Assembly (NCBI GenBank): GCA_947448795.1
Contig: CANFOZ010000003.1
Span: forward strand, 3,492-67,491
Direction of reading: 5' to 3'
From: Bacteroidota bacterium
GTDB taxonomy: Bacteria; Bacteroidota; Bacteroidia; AKYH767-A; JAHEYN01
Length of the DNA stretch: 64,000 bases
Of this stretch, positions 52,952 through 63,065 are shown one piece after another (the first letter of the stretch is position 1; each line of letters opens with the position of its first letter). The position numbers and the translations under genes are program-made. The notes below the pieces were generated by a model that was not told where the DNA came from, made no database searches, and saw nothing but the letters and a program-made list of their open reading frames with translations.

Positions 52952-53793
52952 TGACACATCACTATGTGTGTATTAATGGTAACGTAATTCCTGCAGAGGA
53001 AGCCGTTTTTAATATTCAAAACAGGTCCATAAAATATGGCGATGGACTGTTTGAAACGATGTTTTATCGCAAAGGAAGAGCGATCCTCTTAGAAAAACAT
53101 GTGCATCGGCTTCTTAAAGGGATGGCGCTATTGAAAATACAAACGGACGAACGCTTAACGCTAACACATATCGCGGCGTCTATTGACACGCTGTGTCAAA
53201 AAAACCAACTAAGCACCGCCAGAATTCGCTTGCAGGTGGTGCGTCAAGGCGAGGGTTATTATCACCCAAAAGCAAACACCTTTAGCTATATACTTGAAGC
53301 TGAAACCTTGCAGCAGATTGATTATCCACTAAATCAACCTGCATTGAACGTGGATATCTATCCGCAACCTATAAAAACATGCACAGCTTTATCCAACATC
53401 AAAAGCTGCTCCGCTGTTGGTTATGTGCTTGCATCCCTTCATGCAAGCGAATTGGGAGTTGATGACTGCTTGGTATTAAACTCCGAAAATCGCATTTGTG
53501 AAAGCACGCACTCCAATATTTTTTTAATTCATGAAGGACGAATTAGCACACCCCCACTCAGCGAAGGATGTGTAGCCGGCATCATGCGAGAGCAGCTGAT
53601 ACAAATCATGAACGAAGAGAGCGTTGATAGTACTGAGCGATCTATTAACCTAGAAGACCTGTTATCAGCAGAAGAAGTTTTTTTGACCAATGCCCTACGG
53701 GGTATAACAAGCGTAGGCTCTTTCAGGGGCATTAACTACGCTCGAAAACAAGCTGACGCTTGGCAACAGAAACTACAAAGCAGCTTGATTTAA
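52951..53793 (+). CDS. class IV aminotransferase (PabC / branched-chain / D-amino acid aminotransferase family)
   Basis: 280 aa. Fold-type IV PLP-enzyme pattern (GDGLFET..., ESTHSNIFLIHEG, LTNALRGI). Confidence 0.65.
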   Translation: MTHHYVCINGNVIPAEEAVFNIQNRSIKYGDGLFETMFYRKGRAILLEKHVHRLLKGMALLKIQTDERLTLTHIAASIDTLCQKNQLSTARIRLQVVRQGEGYYHPKANTFSYILEAETLQQIDYPLNQPALNVDIYPQPIKTCTALSNIKSCSAVGYVLASLHASELGVDDCLVLNSENRICESTHSNIFLIHEGRISTPPLSEGCVAGIMREQLIQIMNEESVDSTERSINLEDLLSAEEVFLTNALRGITSVGSFRGINYARKQADAWQQKLQSSLI

Positions 53794-55247
53794 TTGACTG
53801 CGCTATGCTCGATGTAACGCACATAAAACCGAACCATTTCCAAGTAATTTTTCTTGGTGATGCGTTCGTCTTGGCCATGAATACGAGCAAGATCCTCGGG
53901 GCCTAAGCGAATAGGCAGAAAGCGAAAAACCTGCTTGCTTAGCGAAGAGAAATGATACGCATCCGTTGCCGCTAACACCTGATAAGGTGCAACCAGCGCT
54001 TCTGGAAAAACTTCGCGGATGGTTTTGTTTAATAGAAGAAATGCTGCTGAGTTCGTATCCGAAACAGGTGAAGCTTCTTTAACACGCCCTTTCACTTTAC
54101 ATTGAATACGGGCATCGTTTACAACCTGCTTGACATGCTCCATGACGCTGTAGGAATCATCACCTTGCAGCAACCTGAAATTAATTAATGCGCTTGCTTC
54201 CGATGGCAACACATTGTCTTTTGAACCTGACTTTAGTACAGTTACCGCTGTGGTGGTGCGGATAGCAGCGTTGGTGCTATTCTTTTTTGACATTTTAGAC
54301 AGCACCGCATTTTTAAGAAGCCATAGATTCGCAAAAGCCACGCGGGATCCAAAATCCATTTCAGGTGCGAGGTAACTAAACATCTGCGCGAGAGGACCTT
54401 GCAAACGCGCTGGAAAAGGCTCGGCCTCCAAGCGACTTACAGCAGCGGCGATAATACCCGCAGCACTTTGCGGTGGAGGCATCGACGAATGTCCGCCTTC
54501 GGTATGAACACTAAGCTCAATGGTCATATACCCTTTCTCTGCTATGCCAACCAAGGCCACGGGCGCTTTCACACCAGGCACCACATCCTGAACGATGGTG
54601 CCGCCTTCATCCAAGACCGATTCAAACTCCATCTTTTTGCTTTTAAACCACAGCGCCTCCTGTATTGCACCTTCTGAACCTCCCGTTTCTTCGTCAAAGC
54701 CAAAGGCTAAATACACGCTTCTTTTCGGTTTCCGATTTGTGCTTAACAGGTATTCAATGGCTTCAAGCAAACCCATTACACTGGATTTATCATCCAACGT
54801 ACCACGACCATAAATGTATGTGCCATCCGTTGCTCCGGCAAATGGAGGATGCTCCCAACTAGCTGAATCAATAGCAGGCACAACATCTTGATGCGCCATT
54901 AACAGCACTGGTAAAAGCTCAGGGTTGCTTCCGAACCAGCGATAAACCAAGGCATGCTCATTCACCGTGAAGCAATCGAGTTGCTTGTGCACAAGAGGAA
55001 ATCGGATCGCTAAAAAATGTTTAAAGCGATCAAGTTCTTGATTCCGATTTACCATTGAATCTTGTTCCGAAATGGTTCTAAAGCACAAGGCCTCAGAGAA
55101 GCGACCAAAAAGGGCGCTGTCGTTAAGGGCGATTGGCTCAACGGGTTTAACTACCAATTGCTTTGAAGTAAGCGAACTTGTTCGAAGTAAAACAACTCCA
55201 ATCAACACAAGTACTAAAGCAACAGTGATGAGGAGAACGCGTTTCAT
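53790..55247 (-). CDS. M20/M28-family metallopeptidase
   Basis: Signal/anchor sequence. MAHQDVVP metal-binding motif, GTLDDK, EETGG. Confidence 0.75.
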   Translation of the reverse strand: MKRVLLITVALVLVLIGVVLLRTSSLTSKQLVVKPVEPIALNDSALFGRFSEALCFRTISEQDSMVNRNQELDRFKHFLAIRFPLVHKQLDCFTVNEHALVYRWFGSNPELLPVLLMAHQDVVPAIDSASWEHPPFAGATDGTYIYGRGTLDDKSSVMGLLEAIEYLLSTNRKPKRSVYLAFGFDEETGGSEGAIQEALWFKSKKMEFESVLDEGGTIVQDVVPGVKAPVALVGIAEKGYMTIELSVHTEGGHSSMPPPQSAAGIIAAAVSRLEAEPFPARLQGPLAQMFSYLAPEMDFGSRVAFANLWLLKNAVLSKMSKKNSTNAAIRTTTAVTVLKSGSKDNVLPSEASALINFRLLQGDDSYSVMEHVKQVVNDARIQCKVKGRVKEASPVSDTNSAAFLLLNKTIREVFPEALVAPYQVLAATDAYHFSSLSKQVFRFLPIRLGPEDLARIHGQDERITKKNYLEMVRFYVRYIEHSAVN

Positions 55248-55257
55248 TTAAACGAAT

Positions 55258-56076
55258 TTACAAAACCCCGCCAGCAGCGAGCAGTGCGGACATTTCAGTT
55301 TGCATTCGAATAGCTTCTGCACGGGCTTTTGCCGCGAAATCCAAGCCATTACTTGCGAATAAAATACTACGCGATGCATTAACCAAAAGGCCACAGTCTT
55401 TGTTCATGCCGTATTTTGCAACTTCGGACAAGCTACCACCCTGTGCGCCAACACCCGGAACCAACAAAAAATGATTGGGGATTTGTTTGCGAATTGCTTG
55501 AAGCATACTCGCTTTTGTAGCTCCCACCACATACATCAGATTATCCTCGGTGCCCCATTGCATACTAGTTTCAATGACTCTTTCATAGAGCATTTGACCT
55601 TCGGTATCCTTCAACTGAAAATCGGATGCACCGCCGTTCGAGGTTAATGCGAGCAGAATAGTCCAGTGATTTGCATATTCTAGAAAGGGCGTGACAGAAT
55701 CTTTACCCATGTATGGATTGACGGTTATCGCGTCGCAACCATAAAACTCAAAAAAAGATTTGGCATATAATGAGGCCGTATTACCTATGTCGCCACGCTT
55801 AGCATCTGCGATTGTTAAGATTCCTTTCGGAATGCATTCCAAGGTCTTTTTAAAACTCTCCAAACCGGAAGGACCCTGTGCCTCAAAGAAAGCGAGATTG
55901 GGTTTGTAGGCAACGCAAAGATCGTGTGTTGCCTCAATGATTTGACGATTGAACTCGAATATTGGATCAGGCAATGCCTTCACGTGTTCAGGAATCTTGC
56001 TCCAATCGGGATCAAGTCCAATGCAAAGGAAAGAACGCTTGTCGCGAATAGTATTAATGAGATCGTGTCTGTTCAT
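55258..56076 (-). CDS. pyrF: orotidine 5'-phosphate decarboxylase, type 2 (start probably MNRHDL; the longer call overlaps prfA by 35 bp)
   Basis: SFLCIGLDPD, ...DAKRGDIGNT, active-site Lys. Confidence 0.8.
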   Translation of the reverse strand: MNRHDLINTIRDKRSFLCIGLDPDWSKIPEHVKALPDPIFEFNRQIIEATHDLCVAYKPNLAFFEAQGPSGLESFKKTLECIPKGILTIADAKRGDIGNTASLYAKSFFEFYGCDAITVNPYMGKDSVTPFLEYANHWTILLALTSNGGASDFQLKDTEGQMLYERVIETSMQWGTEDNLMYVVGATKASMLQAIRKQIPNHFLLVPGVGAQGGSLSEVAKYGMNKDCGLLVNASRSILFASNGLDFAAKARAEAIRMQTEMSALLAAGGVL

Positions 56077-56086
56077 GCGACGTAGC

Positions 56087-57163
56087 TTAAACGGTCGTTC
56101 CTTCTTTGAGACGCTCTGCATTCTCGGCTAATTGCAGAGCATCTAGAAACTCTTGTATATCACCATCCACAAAAAGAGGTAAGTTGTGCGTGGATAGTCC
56201 GATGCGGTGATCGGTTACGCGGCTTTGCGCATAGTTATAAGTGCGGATTTTTGCAGAACGATCGCCCGAAGAAACCATCGTTTTTCGTTTTTTGGCAATC
56301 GCCTCCATGCGTTTATTATATTCTACTTCGTATATCCTTGAACGCAACACTTTCAAGCACTTGTCGTAGTTTTTTATCTGCGAACGCTCGTCTTGACACT
56401 GCGCCACGATACCCGTTGGTAAGTGGGTTAATCGCACGGCAGAATAGGTTGTGTTTACCGACTGACCACCCTTACCACCCGAACAGAATGTGTCTTTGCG
56501 AATATCTTCATTACGCACCACAACATCGACCTCATCAACCTCAGGAAGAACCGCTACACTGGCTGCCGAAGTATGCACACGCCCCATTGTTTCAGTTAGC
56601 GGTACACGCTGCACGCGATGCACTCCTGATTCGTATTTCATCACGCCATAGGCATTGTCTGCAATTACATTGAAGATAACTTCCTTGTAGCCACCAGCAG
56701 TGCCTTCCGTAAAATCAACCAACTCGGTTTTCCATTTATTGCGCTCGCAGTAGCGCATGTACATGCGGTATAAATCGCCCGCGAAAATACCCGCTTCATC
56801 ACCACCTGTACCCGCACGAATTTCCATAATTGCGTTCTTGGAATCCTCCGGATCAGCAGGAACAAGCATCAAGCGGATATCATCCTCCATTTTAATGCGT
56901 CTTGCTTCCAACTCATCAAGCTCCATCTTCGCCATGTTTCGAAACTCCTCATCCTTTTCATTCATCAAAACCTCGCGTGAGCTTTCGATGTTGCTGAGTA
57001 CATTGCGATAGTCTTCCATAGCCTCAACGATGGGCGTAAGATCTTTATACTCTTTGCTTAAACCCGCAAAGCGTTTCATATCAGACATCACCGTTGGACT
57101 TCCTAATTCTTGTTCCACCTCATCGCGTCGAACTTTGATGGCTTCTAATTTCTCTATTAACAT
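56087..57163 (-). CDS. prfA: peptide chain release factor 1
   Basis: GGQ motif ([12 protein letters not shown]) and PxT-type tripeptide (RVPLTET). 358 aa. There is no in-frame programmed frameshift site of the kind seen in prfB. Confidence 0.85.
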   Translation of the reverse strand: MLIEKLEAIKVRRDEVEQELGSPTVMSDMKRFAGLSKEYKDLTPIVEAMEDYRNVLSNIESSREVLMNEKDEEFRNMAKMELDELEARRIKMEDDIRLMLVPADPEDSKNAIMEIRAGTGGDEAGIFAGDLYRMYMRYCERNKWKTELVDFTEGTAGGYKEVIFNVIADNAYGVMKYESGVHRVQRVPLTETMGRVHTSAASVAVLPEVDEVDVVVRNEDIRKDTFCSGGKGGQSVNTTYSAVRLTHLPTGIVAQCQDERSQIKNYDKCLKVLRSRIYEVEYNKRMEAIAKKRKTMVSSGDRSAKIRTYNYAQSRVTDHRIGLSTHNLPLFVDGDIQEFLDALQLAENAERLKEGTTV

Positions 57164-57183
57164 ATTCTTGGATTATACAATTA

Positions 57184-58356
57184 TCAATATTCATAGACAC
57201 CTGTTGTGTCTGTTATGGTTAACTTACGCGTAGCTGAAGCCTCCACACGACCAACAATACGGGCATCAATGTTGAAGCTGCGTGCTATCTCGATCATGGC
57301 ATTTGCGGCATCGGCATCGGTATAAATCTCCATCCGATGTCCCATGTTAAATACTTTATACATCTCCTTCATCGGTGTACCTGATTCCTCTTGGATCATA
57401 CGAAAAAGAGGAGGCATCTCGAACAGGTTATCTTTAATTACATGCACCATGTCGACAAAATGCAAAACCTTGGTTTGACCGCCACCGCTGCAATGCACCA
57501 TGCCATGTATCGTGCTTCGGAGCTGATCAAATATCGCTTTCATAAGCGGCGCATACGTTCGTGTTGGCGAGAGCACCAAGCGAGCAGCATGTATATTATG
57601 CGCCTCTTTCACTGGGCTAGTTAAGTCTTTACTCCCAGCGTAACTCAGTTCGGCAGGCATAAGCGGATCAAAGGTCTCCGGGTACTCGAGTGCAACTTTT
57701 TTATTAAAAACATCATGACGGGCAGAGGTAAGTCCGTTGCTTCCCATGCCGCCGTTATATTCAGTTTCATACGTACTTTGGCCAAAGGAAGCGAAGCCCA
57801 CAATAACGTCGCCCGCGGCAATGCGGTCGTTTGAAATCACATCGCTCCGCTTCATCCTACACACAACCGTGGAGTCAACGATAAGCGTGCGCACTAGATC
57901 GCCCACATCAGCCGTCTCCCCTCCTGTAGAGTGAATACTTATACCATGTTCCCGCATCATGGCTAAAACCTCTTCGGTACCTTGAATCAAGAGGGAGATG
58001 ACGCTTCCCGGAATCAAATTTTTGTTTCGTCCAATGGTAGATGAAAGCAGGATGTTTTCGGTAGCGCCAACACAAAGCAAATCATCTGTATTCATAACTA
58101 TTGCATCCTGTGCAATACCTTTCCAAACAGCATCGTCGCCAGTTTCTTTCCAATACGCATAAGCCAAAGATGATTTTGTTCCAGCGCCATCGGCATGCAT
58201 GACCACGCAATACGCAGGATCACCCCCTAAATGGTCGGGAACGATTTTACAGAAAGCAGCAGGGAATAAACCCTTATCCAACTTGGAAATAGCTGCATGT
58301 ACATCTTCTTTGGAAGACGATACACCTCTCTGTTCGTATCTAGAATTGGAGCTCAT
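57184..58356 (-). CDS. AIR synthase-related protein (PurM-like phosphoribosylformylglycinamidine cyclo-ligase, long Bacteroidetes form)
   Basis: 390 aa, PurM N- and C-domain patterns (VMHADGAGTKSSLA; GGETADVGD). Confidence 0.65.
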   Translation of the reverse strand: MSSNSRYEQRGVSSSKEDVHAAISKLDKGLFPAAFCKIVPDHLGGDPAYCVVMHADGAGTKSSLAYAYWKETGDDAVWKGIAQDAIVMNTDDLLCVGATENILLSSTIGRNKNLIPGSVISLLIQGTEEVLAMMREHGISIHSTGGETADVGDLVRTLIVDSTVVCRMKRSDVISNDRIAAGDVIVGFASFGQSTYETEYNGGMGSNGLTSARHDVFNKKVALEYPETFDPLMPAELSYAGSKDLTSPVKEAHNIHAARLVLSPTRTYAPLMKAIFDQLRSTIHGMVHCSGGGQTKVLHFVDMVHVIKDNLFEMPPLFRMIQEESGTPMKEMYKVFNMGHRMEIYTDADAANAMIEIARSFNIDARIVGRVEASATRKLTITDTTGVYEY

Positions 58357-58446
58357 GAATTGGTATTTTTTTAGAATGCGACAAGGCTAAAAAAAAAGCA
58401 TCCCGGTGCCAATGGCAACGCGGGACGCTTTCTTTGAATCGCTTCG

Positions 58447-60999
58447 CTACTTCGCAGCAGGCGTGTTGTTGTTTTTTATGATCAGTTTTTTGTAATTGGT
58501 GATAGGCTCTTCTTTGATGTTGTTCAGCTTCTTCAGATCCAACATCTTGATGCTATACAACTTGGCTATTTTGCCATACGAATCACCTTTAACAACCGTA
58601 TGGTATACATTCTCATCAACCACACGCAGAACAGTACCATCTTTCGGTTTCTTGCCTGTTGCAGCAGGATTCATTGCACGCAGGTCATCTTCAGTGATGT
58701 TCGCATTTTTTGCTATTGTTGCATAGGTATCGCCTTTAACAGAAGTATAGAACTTCTCAGCTACTGGAGCTGGCGCCTCTACTTTTGCTGTGGTATCAAC
58801 CTTCTCTTCCACTTTAACCGGTGCATCTGGAACATACGATGTTGATGTAGCGGTATCCTGAGGAGCAGTGGTGAGTGCTTTTGTCAAGGAGTCGGCTTTC
58901 GCTTGCTCTTCGGGAGTAAGCGTGGCACCTACCGGCGCTTGGGTTGAATCAGGTGCGCTACCCGGAACGTAGTCGTCGCGCAATACTTTCAATTCGGTAC
59001 GACGATTAAGTTGGTGAGCAGCTTCTTGCTCATCTTTCGACTTCAGCGCATTAATAAACTCATCGTTCATAGTAGACCCTTTCAAGAACACAAACTCTTT
59101 GCCGTTCACGATTACCTTCTCATCAAGCTGGAGTAAACGAGATACTCGCTCGCCATAACCGCGTTTTGCCATACGGCCAACCTCGATGCCTTTTGTAGCA
59201 AGGTAGTCAACGCATGACTGAGCACGCGCGAGAGACAGGCGATCATTGTGGGCATCATCACCCCTTGTATCAGTGTGTGATCCAAGCTCTATGACAAGTG
59301 TCGGGTTGTCCTTCAAAGTCTCAACAAGTCCATCAAGAGCCACATTGGATTCAGGACGAAGGGTTGCTTGATCCAAATCGTAGAAGATGTTCGGAAGAAC
59401 GATTTCTTTACGCGTCGTTTTAAGAGCGAAATCGCGGAAAAAATCTTTAGAATCATCAACACCAACGGTTGTTTCTTCAGCTTTCGCACCGAGGTATTCC
59501 TTTTTTGAAGCATTCAATTTGTAAGCGCTATTCAGTGCTAAAGAGAATTTGTAGGTTCCCGCTTTATCAGTAGTAAAACTAATAGATGAACCGTCCGTAA
59601 CATTAACAAGCTCCACTTTAGCTTCTTCTAAAGGCTTCTTGGTATCCACATCGATTACCTGACCTTGAAGGGTAAAAATAACCGGAGGAACTATAAATGA
59701 ATAGATATCGTCTTTTCCTTTTCCACCATCGCGGTTGGATGTGAAATAGCCACGTTTTTCAACATCTTCCCAAATAACTGCATAATCATCATTTGGGGAA
59801 TTCATAGGCGCTTTCATATTCTTCACATCGCCCCATTTATTATCTTGGAGTTTGGCAGAAAAAATATCCAGTCCACCCATGTTGCCTTCGGCCTGATGAC
59901 CGGTAGAGGAGAAGTACAATGTACCATCTGCATGGATAAATGGGAATAATTCATCGGAAGGTGTATTCACAGCGGCACCAGCATTAACCGGCTCTTTCCA
60001 TGTCTTTTCTTTTTTATCCATTTCGCTAAACCAAATATCACGGCCACCTAATCCGCCATCGCGATCAGAAACAAACCAAAGGGTTGCTCCATCCGCCGAC
60101 AAGCAAGGCTGACCGTAAGTTGCGCTATCAGCACAAAAAGTCATCATCACTGGATCAGCCCATGTTTGACTTGTTCCTTGACCGGTTCTTTTGGTTTGAT
60201 AGATTTTACACATCACCACCTTGCCTTTACCTTGCTCGCATCGCGTAAAAAACAAATCTGTGTATTTTCTGTCCATACTAGAACCACCTTCTTTTGATTC
60301 GGTGTTTACTGGTGCAGAAAGACCTACAGGGTTATTCCACTTGCCTTTTTTGTCAGAAGTTATCTCAAAAAGATCGGTGTTTTTTTCACCCGCCCAAGAA
60401 GCATCGTATTCCTTACCTGTGGCTTCTTCGCGAGAAGATGTGAAAATCATCCCTCTGTAATTCTTTCCAGAGTAACTAGGCGCCAAATCGGCGTATTTTG
60501 AATTGACAGCAGCAAAATTGTCAACCTTATAACGACTTGGCTTGTCTTTCCATTTCTGAGCCTGTTCGCAGGATTTTGCACCCTCCTCACCACGAGGATC
60601 AGAAGGATTTTCTGTTTTAAATTTATTAAATTGAACGATTGCGTCTGCATAAAGACCATTCGCCTTTAATGCTTCTGCATAGTACAAGTAAACCAAGGGG
60701 TTCTTGTAATTTGCTTTAATCGTCTTTTGGAACCATGCCTCTGCGTTCTTGGTATCTGCAATACTGCGATAGCAATCACCTATTTTAAACAGAATCTCTG
60801 TTTTGGCTGCCTTGTTCTTTTCTTTTGTGTAGGCCTTTTTGTATAAATCGATCCCCTCGTAAAAGTTCTTCGATTCAAAGAGACGGTCAGCTTTCTCTGT
60901 GTAAACATTCTGCGCAGAGCTGCCTAGAACAACAAAAAACAGCAGGCCAAAAACCAATAAAAAATTTTTCATATCGCGGTTTGGTGTAAGGGATTTCAA
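58447..60999 (-). CDS. OmpA-family protein with N-terminal TPR, TolB-like (PD40) beta-propeller repeats, OmpA domain and two C-terminal LysM domains
   Basis: Signal peptide. OmpA-like peptidoglycan-binding core (LGSHTDTRGDDAHNDRLSLARAQS). Two LysM motifs (YTSVKGDTYATIAKNANI...; YHTVVKGDSYGKIAKLYSI...). Confidence 0.8.
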   Translation of the reverse strand: MKSLTPNRDMKNFLLVFGLLFFVVLGSSAQNVYTEKADRLFESKNFYEGIDLYKKAYTKEKNKAAKTEILFKIGDCYRSIADTKNAEAWFQKTIKANYKNPLVYLYYAEALKANGLYADAIVQFNKFKTENPSDPRGEEGAKSCEQAQKWKDKPSRYKVDNFAAVNSKYADLAPSYSGKNYRGMIFTSSREEATGKEYDASWAGEKNTDLFEITSDKKGKWNNPVGLSAPVNTESKEGGSSMDRKYTDLFFTRCEQGKGKVVMCKIYQTKRTGQGTSQTWADPVMMTFCADSATYGQPCLSADGATLWFVSDRDGGLGGRDIWFSEMDKKEKTWKEPVNAGAAVNTPSDELFPFIHADGTLYFSSTGHQAEGNMGGLDIFSAKLQDNKWGDVKNMKAPMNSPNDDYAVIWEDVEKRGYFTSNRDGGKGKDDIYSFIVPPVIFTLQGQVIDVDTKKPLEEAKVELVNVTDGSSISFTTDKAGTYKFSLALNSAYKLNASKKEYLGAKAEETTVGVDDSKDFFRDFALKTTRKEIVLPNIFYDLDQATLRPESNVALDGLVETLKDNPTLVIELGSHTDTRGDDAHNDRLSLARAQSCVDYLATKGIEVGRMAKRGYGERVSRLLQLDEKVIVNGKEFVFLKGSTMNDEFINALKSKDEQEAAHQLNRRTELKVLRDDYVPGSAPDSTQAPVGATLTPEEQAKADSLTKALTTAPQDTATSTSYVPDAPVKVEEKVDTTAKVEAPAPVAEKFYTSVKGDTYATIAKNANITEDDLRAMNPAATGKKPKDGTVLRVVDENVYHTVVKGDSYGKIAKLYSIKMLDLKKLNNIKEEPITNYKKLIIKNNNTPAAK

Positions 61000-61137
61000 A
61001 TGGTTAAAGCAAAGGAAAAAATTATTTTGATAACATCAAAAATAAAGGAACGAAGATACTTAATTTCTATGAATACTAAACGACGCATCCAGAAACAATC
61101 AAATTGCGCGTTTTCTTGTGTTTTTATTAAAAATCAT

Positions 61138-63060
61138 CTATAAACCAAGAATTGCAAACTCCGTTCGGCGGTTTTTTGCTCTGTTTTCAGCGGAATCGTT
61201 CAAAACCAAGGGACGCGTTTCGCCATATCCTTTGAAGGAAATCTGCGTTTTAGGCACACCAAGCGATAGCGCTAAGTCATAAACCGTGAAAGCGCGATCT
61301 GCGGAAAGTGCCAAGTTTTTTTGATCATCTCCGACATCGTCGGTATGCCCGCGAATCTCCACTTTAATCCTTGGATTGTCCTTTAAATACGCTGCAAATT
61401 CGCGAATCACTACCACAGACTCTTCTGCTAGGTCGGCCGAATTGGTTTTGTAATAGATGTTGTTGATAGGTATGATGGCGCCCAGCTCAGCCTTTGTTAG
61501 CGGAACATTTACTTTAACAGGCTCCTTGGTGGTAGAATCTTTTGTCGAAAAATACTGAGAAGAAAAGGCATAGCCCTCACTTTTTAAGGTCATAACCATA
61601 TCCTCCTTGAAATTAACCACCCCAACAAAAGAACCGCTTACTGAATCCACAGCGACCTTGCTCACTTCGTTGGTTTTGGTATTCTTTATCTCCATGCTAG
61701 CATGAATAACGGCGGTATCCGATTCACTCTTTTTAAGTGTGCCTTTTACAAACAGCACTTTGCCAGGTCGCGCGCCCTCATAAAGCGGAAACGAATAAAC
61801 ATCCCAACCACCCTTGCCTTTCATCTTATCAGAAGCAAAGTAGCCAGTCTTGCCGTCGGTACTAACAAAAAAACCCAAATCTTGTTTCTCTGAATTGATC
61901 GGATAGCCAATGTTTTTAGGGCTTACCCACTTCCCTAATGAATCTTTACGGGTGTAAAAAATATCAAAACCGCCTAGGCCGGGCAAACCGTTTGAGCTAA
62001 AATACAAAGTCTGATCGTCGGGATGTATAAAGGGAGACTTTTCATCATACTTGGTGTTGATTGTTTTATCCATCACTACAGGTTGATTCCATTTGCCCGA
62101 ATCGTTTTTCGTGGTCATATAGATGTCCGAACCATTCGCCTCCACTCGATCACTAGCAAAATACAAGGTGTGGCCATCACGCGAAATACAAGGCTGCGAA
62201 TCCCACGCCTTAGGAGAGTTTATCTCTGGCCCTAAATTCTTGATTTCGCCCCAACGGCCGTTCTTTTTCTCGCATGAATAGATGTCGCAATTGACATAGC
62301 CACTTCCCGGTTTACAGATGGTGAAATACAAGACCGAATTGTCAAGCGTAACACTTGCTCCACCTTCGTTAAAACTGCTGTTAAAGGGATTGCTCATGGC
62401 CTCTCCAGCAGAAAATCGCTTGGAAAGAGAATCTAACAAGCTGTAGGTAAATTCTTCTACACGCGTGGCGTATAAATCACCGCGTCGAACCTTATCATAG
62501 CTTCGTGTAAAAAAACACAGTTCGTTATCCGCGGTAATGATTGGCAGGTATTCGTCCTTTTCGCTACTTACCCCTTCAAGCGGCTTCGGATCGAAAGGGA
62601 CAGGATCCTTAAGCAGCTTTGAAACACGTATTAGACTATCGCAATAAACAACCTGATCAGCTGTGGCTTTGTCAAACTTCTTAACGTCTTTAAGATATGG
62701 AACAGCAAGGTCGTATTGCTGCTTATCGAAGTAGTAGGTTCCTAAATCAAAGTACGCATCCACAGAATAATCCGGACAAATTTCAATCAGTTTTTTGTAG
62801 GCTTCGATAGCGCCGGTATAATCTTGCTTGCGTTTAGCACGGCGCGCTAAAAAAAGATAGGCCTCGGGAAACGAACTCTCCTCCACTATCGCTTCATCCA
62901 CAAGCTCCTTACATTTGTTCCAATCGGTCTCTTTTTTTGCAGCATCTAAAAGCGCGAGGGCTTTTTTATTGCTGGTTTTACCACAGGTGCGTTCCTCATC
63001 CTGCGCCCAGGAAGTTTGCAAACAAAAGAGAAGCAAAATAAGTATGAAAAGGGAGCGCAA
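61138..63060 (-). CDS. OmpA-family protein with TPR and PD40-like repeats (paralogue of the upstream gene, without LysM)
   Basis: Signal peptide, TPR N-terminus, repeated WDSQPCISRDG/YFASDR-type PD40 units, C-terminal OmpA core (IRGHTDDVGDDQKNLALSADRA). Confidence 0.8.
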   Translation of the reverse strand: MRSLFILILLLFCLQTSWAQDEERTCGKTSNKKALALLDAAKKETDWNKCKELVDEAIVEESSFPEAYLFLARRAKRKQDYTGAIEAYKKLIEICPDYSVDAYFDLGTYYFDKQQYDLAVPYLKDVKKFDKATADQVVYCDSLIRVSKLLKDPVPFDPKPLEGVSSEKDEYLPIITADNELCFFTRSYDKVRRGDLYATRVEEFTYSLLDSLSKRFSAGEAMSNPFNSSFNEGGASVTLDNSVLYFTICKPGSGYVNCDIYSCEKKNGRWGEIKNLGPEINSPKAWDSQPCISRDGHTLYFASDRVEANGSDIYMTTKNDSGKWNQPVVMDKTINTKYDEKSPFIHPDDQTLYFSSNGLPGLGGFDIFYTRKDSLGKWVSPKNIGYPINSEKQDLGFFVSTDGKTGYFASDKMKGKGGWDVYSFPLYEGARPGKVLFVKGTLKKSESDTAVIHASMEIKNTKTNEVSKVAVDSVSGSFVGVVNFKEDMVMTLKSEGYAFSSQYFSTKDSTTKEPVKVNVPLTKAELGAIIPINNIYYKTNSADLAEESVVVIREFAAYLKDNPRIKVEIRGHTDDVGDDQKNLALSADRAFTVYDLALSLGVPKTQISFKGYGETRPLVLNDSAENRAKNRRTEFAILGL

Positions 63061-63065
63061 GGTGT

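Noticed and set aside
56087-57163. Programmed +1 frameshift in the release factor gene
   Set aside because: The gene is RF1 (PxT motif, intact single ORF), not RF2. No CUU UGA-type shift site is present.
58357-58446. Possible terminator between the purM-like and OmpA genes
   Set aside because: Only a short TCCCG...CGGGA stem with a 16-nt loop and no convincing U-tract on the relevant strand. It is too weak to call.
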